Made by a program: the position numbers and the translations under genes. The notes below the pieces were generated by a model. That model made no database searches and was not told where the DNA came from. It saw nothing but the letters and a program-made list of their open reading frames with translations. Positions 56,602 to 64,000 of a DNA stretch of 64,000 nt are shown here, piece after piece. The DNA comes from an uncultured Chlamydiales bacterium. Lineage in GTDB: Bacteria; Chlamydiota; Chlamydiia; Chlamydiales; JAAKFR01. The stretch spans positions 1,195,757 through 1,259,756 of the forward strand of contig OY969414.1 of NCBI GenBank assembly GCA_963699155.1. Reading direction: 5' to 3'. Position 1 is the first letter of the stretch, and every line of letters starts with the position of its first letter.

Positions 56602-57582
56602 CTACTTTCTCGTCAGATTATTGCTCTTAGTACGTTCAAGAACCAGCTTTTCCAATTTGATCGTGTCAGCGGCAAATTTGCGGATCCCCTCAGAGAGCTT
56701 CTCAATAGCCATCGCATTGTCGCCCAAGTAATAGCGGAAAGTTGGCTCGTCCACTTTAAATTTGTCGATAGGCAGATCATGAGCTTTTTGAGGATCCAAT
56801 TTACGAGGAAGATTTCCTTCCGTTTTACTGAGCACTTCTAAGAATTTCGGCGCAATGGTCAATAAATCGCATCCGGCCAATTCCAAGATTTCATCGACAT
56901 TGCGGAAAGAGGCGCCCATCACCTGTGTTTTAAGGTCATACTTTTTGTAATAGTTATAAATTTGGGTGACAGAAACGACTCCAGGATCTTTTTCAGGGGG
57001 ATAGGAGTCGACCTTTTCATGAGCTGTGTACCAATCGAGGATGCGTCCAACAAATGGTGAGACGAGGGTCGCTTTCGATTGGGCACAGGCGATCGCTTGT
57101 ACCAAGCTGAACATCAAGGTCATGTTACAGTGAATCCCCTCTTTTTCCAAAATTTTGGCAGCTTGGACACCTTCCCAGGTGGAGGCCAGTTTAATCAAAA
57201 CACGACTCCGATCGATACCAGCCGCCTCATAAAGCCCGATCAGCGTGGTCGCTTTGTGGATACTGGCTTCGACATCATAAGAGAGGCGGGCATCCACCTC
57301 GGTAGAAACTCTCCCAGGAACATATTTCAAAATCTCGATCCCAAAATTGACGAAGAGTTTATCGAGGATGTGGTGCAGCATCTGCTGCTCGTGAGAGGTC
57401 TTATGCGTTCCCCAATGGATGGCATCATCGATCAGATATTGGTACTGTTCCTCTTGCGCAGCTTGAAAAATCAGCGAGGGGTTGGTCGTTGCATCTGTCG
57501 GCCCATATTTCTTGATACTGTTGATATCTCCAGTATCGACTACAACGGTCGTTATCTGTTTCAGTTGATCAAGTTTATTCAT
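56602..57582 (-). CDS. tal: Transaldolase
   Basis: VVVDTGD, DATTNPSLI, RVLIKLASTWEG, SPFVGRILDW, MGASFRN. Confidence 0.96.
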   Translation of the reverse strand: MNKLDQLKQITTVVVDTGDINSIKKYGPTDATTNPSLIFQAAQEEQYQYLIDDAIHWGTHKTSHEQQMLHHILDKLFVNFGIEILKYVPGRVSTEVDARLSYDVEASIHKATTLIGLYEAAGIDRSRVLIKLASTWEGVQAAKILEKEGIHCNMTLMFSLVQAIACAQSKATLVSPFVGRILDWYTAHEKVDSYPPEKDPGVVSVTQIYNYYKKYDLKTQVMGASFRNVDEILELAGCDLLTIAPKFLEVLSKTEGNLPRKLDPQKAHDLPIDKFKVDEPTFRYYLGDNAMAIEKLSEGIRKFAADTIKLEKLVLERTKSNNLTRK

Positions 57583-57688
57583 TTTTCAACCCTTTTCTAA
57601 AAATATATAATATAAGCCATTGCTTTTTATTTATTTTTACCATATAACTATATTTTAGACAATCATTATAAAGATCAAGGAGGATTTT

Positions 57689-58141
57689 ATGGGGTCTCTC
57701 ATCCCACGATGGCAAACCAAATTTCCCACTCCATCACGAAGAGTCAGTGATCTATTTAATCTCGGACAGTTTTTCGAAAATTTTGAGCGCGAGCTCGAAA
57801 TCATGGGGACAACTTACTCTGGTTTAAGTATTTCTAGTGATGATGTCTCTGTTTTTGTCGATGCGCATGTCCCTGGACTCACTGCTAAAGATATCGAGGT
57901 GGCGATTGACGGAAACAACTGCTTGTGGATCAAAGGGGAAAAGAAAAGCGAAGAGAAAGATAAAAAGAAAAAGTACTATCGTCAATCTCAGGTTTCCTTT
58001 TCTTATTGCCTTCCTCTATTGGAAGAAATTGACCAAACGATAGAGCCAGAAGCTACCTGTAAAGATGGTGTGATGCACATCGTCTTTGCCAAAAAGAAAG
58101 AGAAGCAGACAGAAGCTAAAAAGATTAAGGTGAAAGAATAA
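57689..58141 (+). CDS. Hsp20/alpha-crystallin small heat-shock protein
   Basis: AHVPGL..DIEV..L.IKGEK, ATCKDGVM.I, C-terminal IKV motif. Confidence 0.9.
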   Translation: MGSLIPRWQTKFPTPSRRVSDLFNLGQFFENFERELEIMGTTYSGLSISSDDVSVFVDAHVPGLTAKDIEVAIDGNNCLWIKGEKKSEEKDKKKKYYRQSQVSFSYCLPLLEEIDQTIEPEATCKDGVMHIVFAKKKEKQTEAKKIKVKE

Positions 58142-58204
58142 TTCTCAAGTCCAGCGGTTCTCTCTGAGATGCCGCAAAAAATTGGAAATTGTGCAAGAAA
58201 GCGA

Positions 58205-58786
58205 CTATTTTTTAGTCGCTTTCTCCTTTTTGGCGATCTTGTAGCCTTTGCTTTTTTTCGTCACTTGGGCCGATTCTTCGCGGCCTCCAACCTTGCCTTT
58301 GGAGAGAATGGCGATCCATTCTTGTCGCTCCCCTTCGGTGATCGCTGCTTTCTTGACATAGGCAATGCGGTGTAAGCCACTTTTCGTCAAAATCATACGG
58401 ACTACTTCATGCTCTCCTGTTGGGAAGGAGCGTTCATAGAGAAGATCTTGTGGACTTTGCCAATGAACCTTCAGGGCGCTGATTTTACTTTTGAGGATCT
58501 CATCCTTCATCATCTCTTCCGCACTCTCTTTCGTCAAGACCTCACTATGGGTAAAATGGACGTCGATCAACTGGGTCCACTTTTTCTCATCTTCCCCTTC
58601 TAAAAAGTACCGTGTGACAGAAACACCCTTCTCTTCATGACCGTTTTGTGAACCCCTTTTCCACTTCGCCTTCTCTTCAGCTGGCAGGTTGAAATAGACG
58701 GTTTCATCAAACCGATACTTGGCCTCCAGCCCAAATGGTAGTAACAATAAGGTTAACAAAAGGAAAGGAAACCACTTTTTCATCAA
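58205..58786 (-). CDS. Hypothetical exported protein
   Basis: Signal peptide MKKWFPFLLLTLLLLPFGLEA; Lys-rich tail. Confidence 0.7.
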   Translation of the reverse strand: MMKKWFPFLLLTLLLLPFGLEAKYRFDETVYFNLPAEEKAKWKRGSQNGHEEKGVSVTRYFLEGEDEKKWTQLIDVHFTHSEVLTKESAEEMMKDEILKSKISALKVHWQSPQDLLYERSFPTGEHEVVRMILTKSGLHRIAYVKKAAITEGERQEWIAILSKGKVGGREESAQVTKKSKGYKIAKKEKATKK

Positions 58787-58860
58787 TCACCCCCTGAATA
58801 AAGAAATATTATAATCAATTTATAAATTAAAGGCAAAGTTTCGATGGGCACTTTCGGCAG

Positions 58861-59373
58861 AAAACTGGGGGTTTGCCACAGTGGGGCGAAGAGCGCGGGC
58901 TGGACGAAAACTGGGGGTTTGCCACAGTGGGGCGAAGAGCGCGGGCTGGACGAGAACTGGGGGTTTGCCACAGTGGGGCGAAGAGCGCGGGCTGGACGAA
59001 AACTGGGGGTTTGCCACAGTGGGGCGAAGAGCGCGGGCTGGACGAAAACTGGGGGTTTGCCACAGTGGGGCGAAGAGCGCGGGCTGGACGAGAACTGGGG
59101 GTTTGCCACAGTGGGGCGAAGAGCGCCGGCCGGACGAAAACTGGGGGCTTACCACAGTGGAGCGAAGAGCGCGGGCTGGACGAGAACTGGGGGTTTGCCA
59201 CAGTGGAGCGAAGAGCGCGGGCTGGACGAGAACTGGGGGTTTGCCACAGTGGAGCGAAGAGCGCGGGCTGGACGAGAACTGGGGGCTTACCACAGTGGAG
59301 CGAAGAGCGCGGGCTGGACGAGAACTGGGGGTTTGCCACAGTGGGGCGAAGAGCGCCGGCCGGACGAAAACTG
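58861..59373. repeat. Tandem array of 11 x 46-bp units plus a partial unit (VNTR, no spacers)
   Basis: Unit a(a/g)aactgggggtttgccacagtgg(g/a)gcgaagagcgcgggctggacg, with exact 46-bp period from 58861 to 59367. Confidence 0.97.
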
Positions 59374-59578
59374 CTTGGCATGAGAAGGGATGATCTGCTA
59401 CAGTGCCTTTCGACCTCTTGCGTAACCTCCTATAGGCAGCAGAAGGGGTCTTTTCGTTTATCTTTTTTTCCTCCCCTTTTCGCCTACTCGATTTGAGTAT
59501 GTCGAAAAGGGGAGGAAAAAAATCTAAACAAAAATTCCTCCTTCTTCTGCCGATAGGAGGTTATGCAAGAGGTCTACA

Positions 59579-59959
59579 ATGCAGATCGGCCATAAACTTC
59601 AGTTTCATTGCCAGGAGTGTGACAACCCGATTCTCTTCTCCGTCCTCGACAAGGAGAATTTCAAAAAAATTGTTTGCTGCGACTCCTGTAAAAAGAAGTA
59701 TGCCTTTCAGGATGAGACCCTCCTCAGACACCTCACCCAGTTTGAAGCCCTCTGCCACCAGATCTACGCCTCCGAAGAGATTCTGGGAAGCACCGCCATC
59801 GCCATCGACGTCGGCACCCACCATGTCGAGGTCCCCTTCAATATCCTTCTCACTCGCCTCAGCTCCGTCATCGAGCTCAACATTAACGGCAAGAAGTCGG
59901 TCATCTACTTCCGCGTCGAACCCCTCAAAGATATCCCCGCAGTCAAATCCGCCAACTAA
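59579..59959 (+). CDS. Conserved chlamydial protein with two CxxC motifs
   Basis: CQEC and CDSC; lies between tal and the V-ATPase operon, as I recall for other chlamydiae. Confidence 0.75.
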   Translation: MQIGHKLQFHCQECDNPILFSVLDKENFKKIVCCDSCKKKYAFQDETLLRHLTQFEALCHQIYASEEILGSTAIAIDVGTHHVEVPFNILLTRLSSVIELNINGKKSVIYFRVEPLKDIPAVKSAN

Positions 59960-59963
59960 CCTA

Positions 59964-60096
59964 TTTTCGTGCATCTGCCCATACCGGTGCCCATGCCCGC
60001 CCGTACCCGTTTCTGAAAAAAAATCGGGCACAGGCACAGGCATGGGAACGGGCACGCTCACGGGCACGAAAAAAGATTTACGCTCACGGGCACGAA
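59964..60096. repeat. Imperfect palindrome of 6-bp ggcac(a/g)-like units between convergent genes
   Basis: ttttcgtgc (59964) pairs with gcacgaaaa (60064); acgctcacgggcacgaa is repeated at 60054 and 60080. Confidence 0.65.
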
Positions 60097-60512
60097 GGAA
60101 GATTTAATGAAGGGATTCTTGTTGAAAAGTTGTCGATAGAGGCGATGACCTCTTTTTCTTCGTCGAGTGCTTTGATCAGAATGGCTGTGATGGCGTCGGG
60201 GAGCTGGAGCTTTTGGTTGCCCTCGAGGAGATGGCCTTTAAAGTAGATGGGCTTCTGGTCGATCCAGAGAATCCCTTCATTGGAGTTGATTTGGCGGGAA
60301 TAGACGTTGAGGAGAGCGACAGTTTGATCTTCCAGATGAATCAATTGGACCCCTAGGCCTGAAAAGGTATTTTCGGGAAGCAGGGAGTATTGGGAAGATT
60401 GAAAGTGGGGGGAGTTGGACGCCATCTCTTGATAGCGCCACACTGAGGGGGCTGAACAGCTTGTTGCGAGTGCCAGAAGTAGGAAGAAGTTAACGACGTT
60501 GGAGATGGCCAT
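60084..60512 (-). CDS. Hypothetical lipoprotein
   Basis: FFLLLALATSC lipobox-like signal. Confidence 0.6.
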   Translation of the reverse strand: MAISNVVNFFLLLALATSCSAPSVWRYQEMASNSPHFQSSQYSLLPENTFSGLGVQLIHLEDQTVALLNVYSRQINSNEGILWIDQKPIYFKGHLLEGNQKLQLPDAITAILIKALDEEKEVIASIDNFSTRIPSLNLPSCP

Positions 60513-60891
60513 TATTGGAACTGACGATGATGGCGCCAGCGGTGGCAAGGCCGGCTAGGATGAGGCCGATCCACCAGAGGCTGATACCGCAATTAGTAGC
60601 GCAGACGACAGCGGGTTCGCAGGCGGCTGTCGCAGCTTCTTCTTCCTCAGCCTCTTCGGCTGTAACCGCTGCGGGTGCTGGTTCCGCCACTAAAACCCCG
60701 CCTTCCCCATCTTCTGCGACTGCTTCAGCAGCAACTCCCTCTTCGAGACCAGCACATTGGCAGGGGGAGCAGTGGCAATTTGGACAGTAACCATGGTTAA
60801 AGTTCTGATAGTCGACAAAGGTATCACCGGCGCGCAGGCAGCCCGTCGATGCGAGGAAGATGCAGAGGAAAGTGAGAAGGTATTTGAGCAT
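60490..60891 (-). CDS. Cys-rich exported protein with acidic linker and C-terminal TM (paralogue 2)
   Basis: Signal peptide; [21 protein letters not shown]...CG.S followed by a TM helix. Confidence 0.75.
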   Translation of the reverse strand: MLKYLLTFLCIFLASTGCLRAGDTFVDYQNFNHGYCPNCHCSPCQCAGLEEGVAAEAVAEDGEGGVLVAEPAPAAVTAEEAEEEEAATAACEPAVVCATNCGISLWWIGLILAGLATAGAIIVSSNNGHLQRR

Positions 60892-60895
60892 ACGA

Positions 60896-61825
60896 TTAAT
60901 GGTTGGTGTTAGAGCCGTTACCAGAAATTAAAATGATGGCAGCAGCTGCGGCTACTCCCACAACAGCGATCGCAATGGCGCAATAGGAAACGCCACAGTC
61001 AACTCCGCAAAGGGGTGCGCAAGGATCACAGGGAGCGCAAGGCCCGCAAGGAGGGCAGGGAGGAGGTCCTAAGGGAGCAGATCCAGGAGAGGGTCCACCT
61101 GCACAAGACCTGTTAGGTGGGCCTTGGGTAGGTGTGGGTGCATAGGTATTGGTGACATTGGTGCGCACAGGGCTCGTCTGATCAGAGGCTTCGGCGGATT
61201 GATCACCGTTGTTGGGCTGGCCAGGATAAGGTTGTCCGCCATTATAAGGTTGGTTTGGATCAGGCTGTCCGCCATTGTAGGGCTGGCCTGGAGGGGGCTG
61301 ACCACCGTTGTAGGGTTGGTTTGGATTGGGTTGTCCGCCGTTATAGGGTTGCCCAGGATAAGGCTGTCCACCATTGTAGGGTTGGTTTGGATAAGGTTGT
61401 CCGCCATCGTAGGGCTGGCCTGGAGGAGGTTGATTGCCGTTATAGGGTTGCCCAGGATAAGGCTGTCCACCATAGGGTTGGTTTGGATAAGGTTGTCCGC
61501 CATCGTAGGGCTGGCCTGGAGGAGGTTGATTGCCGTTATAGGGTTGCCCAGGATAAGGCTGTCCACCATAGGGTTGGTTTGGATAAGGTTGCCCACCATC
61601 GTAGGGCTGGCCTGGATAGGGCTGTTGAGGAGCTGGGTAGCCTTGGGGGGCTTGCGCACCATTGGGGTTGGGCTGGCCTTGATTGCATACGCAAGGGTAG
61701 GAGTTACAATAGGGGCAATATCCATGGTTGAAGTTTTGGTAATCGACGAAAGTGTCACCAGCTCCAGAAAGGACGGCACTGCATGCGAAGCAAAAAGCAG
61801 TTAATAGAGAAACGACGATCTTCAT
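60896..61825 (-). CDS. Cys-rich exported protein with QPYxGG repeats and C-terminal TM (paralogue 1)
   Basis: Same N-terminal motif as the neighbour; long Gln/Pro/Tyr/Gly repeat; [14 protein letters not shown]. Confidence 0.8.
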   Translation of the reverse strand: MKIVVSLLTAFCFACSAVLSGAGDTFVDYQNFNHGYCPYCNSYPCVCNQGQPNPNGAQAPQGYPAPQQPYPGQPYDGGQPYPNQPYGGQPYPGQPYNGNQPPPGQPYDGGQPYPNQPYGGQPYPGQPYNGNQPPPGQPYDGGQPYPNQPYNGGQPYPGQPYNGGQPNPNQPYNGGQPPPGQPYNGGQPDPNQPYNGGQPYPGQPNNGDQSAEASDQTSPVRTNVTNTYAPTPTQGPPNRSCAGGPSPGSAPLGPPPCPPCGPCAPCDPCAPLCGVDCGVSYCAIAIAVVGVAAAAAIILISGNGSNTNH

Positions 61826-61876
61826 AAGCGAGTTCCTGTTCCCAAGTTATTGAAGAGAATCTGCATAGCAAATCAT

Positions 61877-62443
61877 TCATTTTGGGGGCAAGCTGAAAGA
61901 TTGGATCGCTTTGAAGATCTGTGAGGAGAATGCGCTAAATTCCTGTTTGAGGCAGGTTGCCGTGACGACGTAAGCTTCACCATCTTGAAGCAGCATCGCT
62001 TGCACGAAGCGGATATCGCCCCACTGAGAAGGGCGGTCAATTTGGAGCATTTCTGCTGATCCTGCCGCAGTGGCCATGTTTCCCAAGAGTGCACAACGAG
62101 TGCCAGCGCGTCCTTCATGATAGCTCTTTGCTTGAGCTACATAGTCCTTGAGTGAGAGCTGAGTTGATTCAGAGGCAATGTTGATGGAGGGAGTAAATTG
62201 GCTATTTCCATGACCCGTTCCGACGAAGATCGCCTTCACTTTTTGGGGGAGCTGCTTCTCATCAACGATACATTCCCACCCTTTTGGAGGTGAAGCGAGG
62301 TAAGAGTGACATTCTCTCCCTTGAGTTGGTGAAGCTTGGTAAGGAATATGGCCCGCCGCGCCTAGGGTCAATCCACCCAATAACAAGAGAAGAAAAATGG
62401 ATCGTAAAAACATGCGAAACCTCTTGAATTTTAAAGCCAACAA
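61877..62443 (-). CDS. Conserved chlamydial exported protein (DcrB/PsbP-like appearance)
   Basis: Signal peptide; PPKGW, FTPSINIASE, AYVVTAT, AIQSF; divergent from the V-ATPase operon. Confidence 0.7.
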   Translation of the reverse strand: MLALKFKRFRMFLRSIFLLLLLGGLTLGAAGHIPYQASPTQGRECHSYLASPPKGWECIVDEKQLPQKVKAIFVGTGHGNSQFTPSINIASESTQLSLKDYVAQAKSYHEGRAGTRCALLGNMATAAGSAEMLQIDRPSQWGDIRFVQAMLLQDGEAYVVTATCLKQEFSAFSSQIFKAIQSFSLPPK

Positions 62444-62528
62444 TGCACAATTTTTCTCAATTCTTTAATTCAAAGTCTGAATTTGGGATAAGGCGCTATA
62501 ACACACAACACTCTAGAGGCCCAGGATA

Positions 62529-63155
62529 ATGGAGAATTTAGAAACTGGCAAAGACAAAATCAAAAAGATCTGCGAGATTCTAAAAGAGGAAACGCTCCAG
62601 CCTGCGAAGGAAGAGGCCCAAAAAATTATAGAGATGGCCGAGCAAGAGGCGCGTAATCTCATTCGTGAAGCGGAAGTCAAAGCCGAAGAGGTGGCTCATC
62701 AAAGCAAAACCCGTCTTGCCAAGGAGAGGGAGCTCTTCGACGCCTCCCTCAAGCAAGCAGCGAGACAGGGGATCGAAACACTCCGCCAAGAGATCGAAAA
62801 TCGGCTGTTTAATAGCGCCCTTTTAGATTGGTTAGGTCAGCAGTCGCCTGATCCGAAGCTGCTGGCCAAATTGATCGATGCGATCGTCAAGGCAATTGAA
62901 AAAGAGGGAACCAGCGCCGATTTCTCTGCATTGATCCCCCCCCAAATCCCCTCAGAAAAGGTGAATGCCCTCTTGGTGAAAGATGTTATAGAAAAATTGA
63001 GAGAGAAGTCGGTCGTTGTGGGCAATCAGGCGGCGGGGATTGAGCTCAAGCTCCATGATCGTAAATTGACTCTAGACCTCAGCGATGAGGCATTAAAAGA
63101 GCTGATCGGACAATATGTCCGAAAAGATTTTCGTGAGCTCCTGTTTCAAGCATAA
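62529..63155 (+). CDS. atpE: V-type ATP synthase subunit E
   Basis: DKIKKICEILKEETLQPAKEEA coiled coil; first gene of the chlamydial V-ATPase operon. Confidence 0.85.
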   Translation: MENLETGKDKIKKICEILKEETLQPAKEEAQKIIEMAEQEARNLIREAEVKAEEVAHQSKTRLAKERELFDASLKQAARQGIETLRQEIENRLFNSALLDWLGQQSPDPKLLAKLIDAIVKAIEKEGTSADFSALIPPQIPSEKVNALLVKDVIEKLREKSVVVGNQAAGIELKLHDRKLTLDLSDEALKELIGQYVRKDFRELLFQA

Positions 63156-63167
63156 GGGGAATTTGGG

Positions 63168-63962
63168 GTGAAGGCCTACTATTTTCTAACCGGTCTACTT
63201 CCACCACTTGAAATTGGACATGTCCCAACACTTGGGTATGTCGAACTTAAACAATTGATGGAGACCGACCTCAGCAATGACGATAAACAGCTAGTTCGTG
63301 AATTTCTCAGGCAGATCGACTTTGAGAATCTGAGAGCTCTTTGGGCGGGAGAACCTTTAGACTATCGGGGAAACTTATCGCGTGAGCAACTCGAGCAGGT
63401 GATGCATGAGTATCGCTGGCCGTCGCAGATTTCCATCCCTTACTATCTCGTCGATAATCTAGAGAAATATCGAACAACTGAAGAACGCCTTCGCCATTTT
63501 TCACTGCTCATGTCGCAATTTTATCGGTACCAGATCGACCACCATACCGGTTTTATCAGCGACTACTATGCCTTTCAGCGAGACCTCAGACTAGTGATGT
63601 TGGGATTTCGGGCCAAAATGATGGGTCGAGATCTCGCTGCCGAACTCCAGTATGAAGATGCCACTGACCCCATCGTTGCTCAAATTTTGGCCCAAAAAGA
63701 TTCCAAAACGTTTGAACCTCCCTTTGAATATAAGGAGCTCAAACCGATCTTTGAGCAGTATGGGGATCAGCCCTTAGAACTGAATAAGGCCCTTTTTGAA
63801 TATCAGTTCAACCACATTATCGAATTGTGGGGAGGGGAGCCATTTAACATTGACCGTATCCTCAATTATTTAGCACGCTTAATTCTGGTCGAGCGTTGGC
63901 TAGAATTTGATGTGCAAAAAGGGATCCAAATCGTTGACCGCATTGAAAAGGAAATCGCATGA
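63168..63962 (+). CDS. DUF2764 family protein (V-ATPase subunit C-like)
   Basis: YYFLTGLLPPL start; lies between subunit E and the putative subunit A. Confidence 0.8.
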   Translation: MKAYYFLTGLLPPLEIGHVPTLGYVELKQLMETDLSNDDKQLVREFLRQIDFENLRALWAGEPLDYRGNLSREQLEQVMHEYRWPSQISIPYYLVDNLEKYRTTEERLRHFSLLMSQFYRYQIDHHTGFISDYYAFQRDLRLVMLGFRAKMMGRDLAAELQYEDATDPIVAQILAQKDSKTFEPPFEYKELKPIFEQYGDQPLELNKALFEYQFNHIIELWGGEPFNIDRILNYLARLILVERWLEFDVQKGIQIVDRIEKEIA

Positions 63963-64000
63963 GTAGCGTAAGCGCAACACAGGCAAAAGGCAGGGTTGTC
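63959..64000 (+). CDS. atpA: Start of probable V-type ATP synthase subunit A (3' partial)
   Basis: ATGA overlap with the upstream stop; MSSVSATQAKGRVV; the call rests on operon order. Confidence 0.5.
   Translation, partial: MSSVSATQAKGRVV

Noticed and set aside
57600..57688. CIRCE operator upstream of Hsp20
   Set aside because: No TTAGCACTC-N9-GAGTGCTAA match is visible.
58861..59373. CRISPR array
   Set aside because: Units are contiguous with no unique spacers, and no cas genes are in the window.
58783..59496. Six overlapping ORFs across the 46-bp array
   Set aside because: They arise because the unit lacks stops; the period is not a multiple of 3 and no frame is favoured.
61069..61804. 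Alternative-frame and antisense ORFs over the QPY repeats
   Set aside because: Shadows of the repetitive coding frame 60896-61825, which alone has a signal peptide and a paralogue.

Overview
Bacterial chromosome segment that looks like an environmental member of Chlamydiota. Support: the gene order infA-tRNA-Thr-tuf-tRNA-Trp-secE-nusG-rplK/A/J/L-rpoB-rpoC...tal...V-type ATPase, and a DUF1207-LOG-MYG1-HIT-HEAT cluster. Positions ~1-23.2 kb are accessory DNA abutting the 3' end of a tRNA(CAT). They hold a tyrosine integrase, an apparently catalytically dead integrase-like protein, an excisionase-like HTH, a D5/P4 helicase, a Zn-finger/Toprim primase, and small and large terminases with no portal or capsid visible. 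Further left are DUF1016 and HEPN-like DUF4209 genes, a fermentation cassette (glucoamylase, ackA, xfp, class I aldolase, P-type H+-ATPase) and a YqaJ exonuclease at the window edge. The core region is interrupted by: a ~2 kb gene-free mosaic of structured repeats (a perfect 204-bp inverted repeat flanked by hairpins with compensatory changes); an accessory block after rpoC (orphan tandem-NHLP-leader RiPP-like precursor, ankyrin-like effector candidate, GH3/NagZ fused to an extra domain); an 11 x 46-bp tandem array; and two Cys-rich paralogues. Frameshifts also break tuf, rpoB and rpoC, so many broken ORFs are probably uncorrected sequencing indels rather than pseudogenes. All family calls come from motif recognition by eye; no searches were run.
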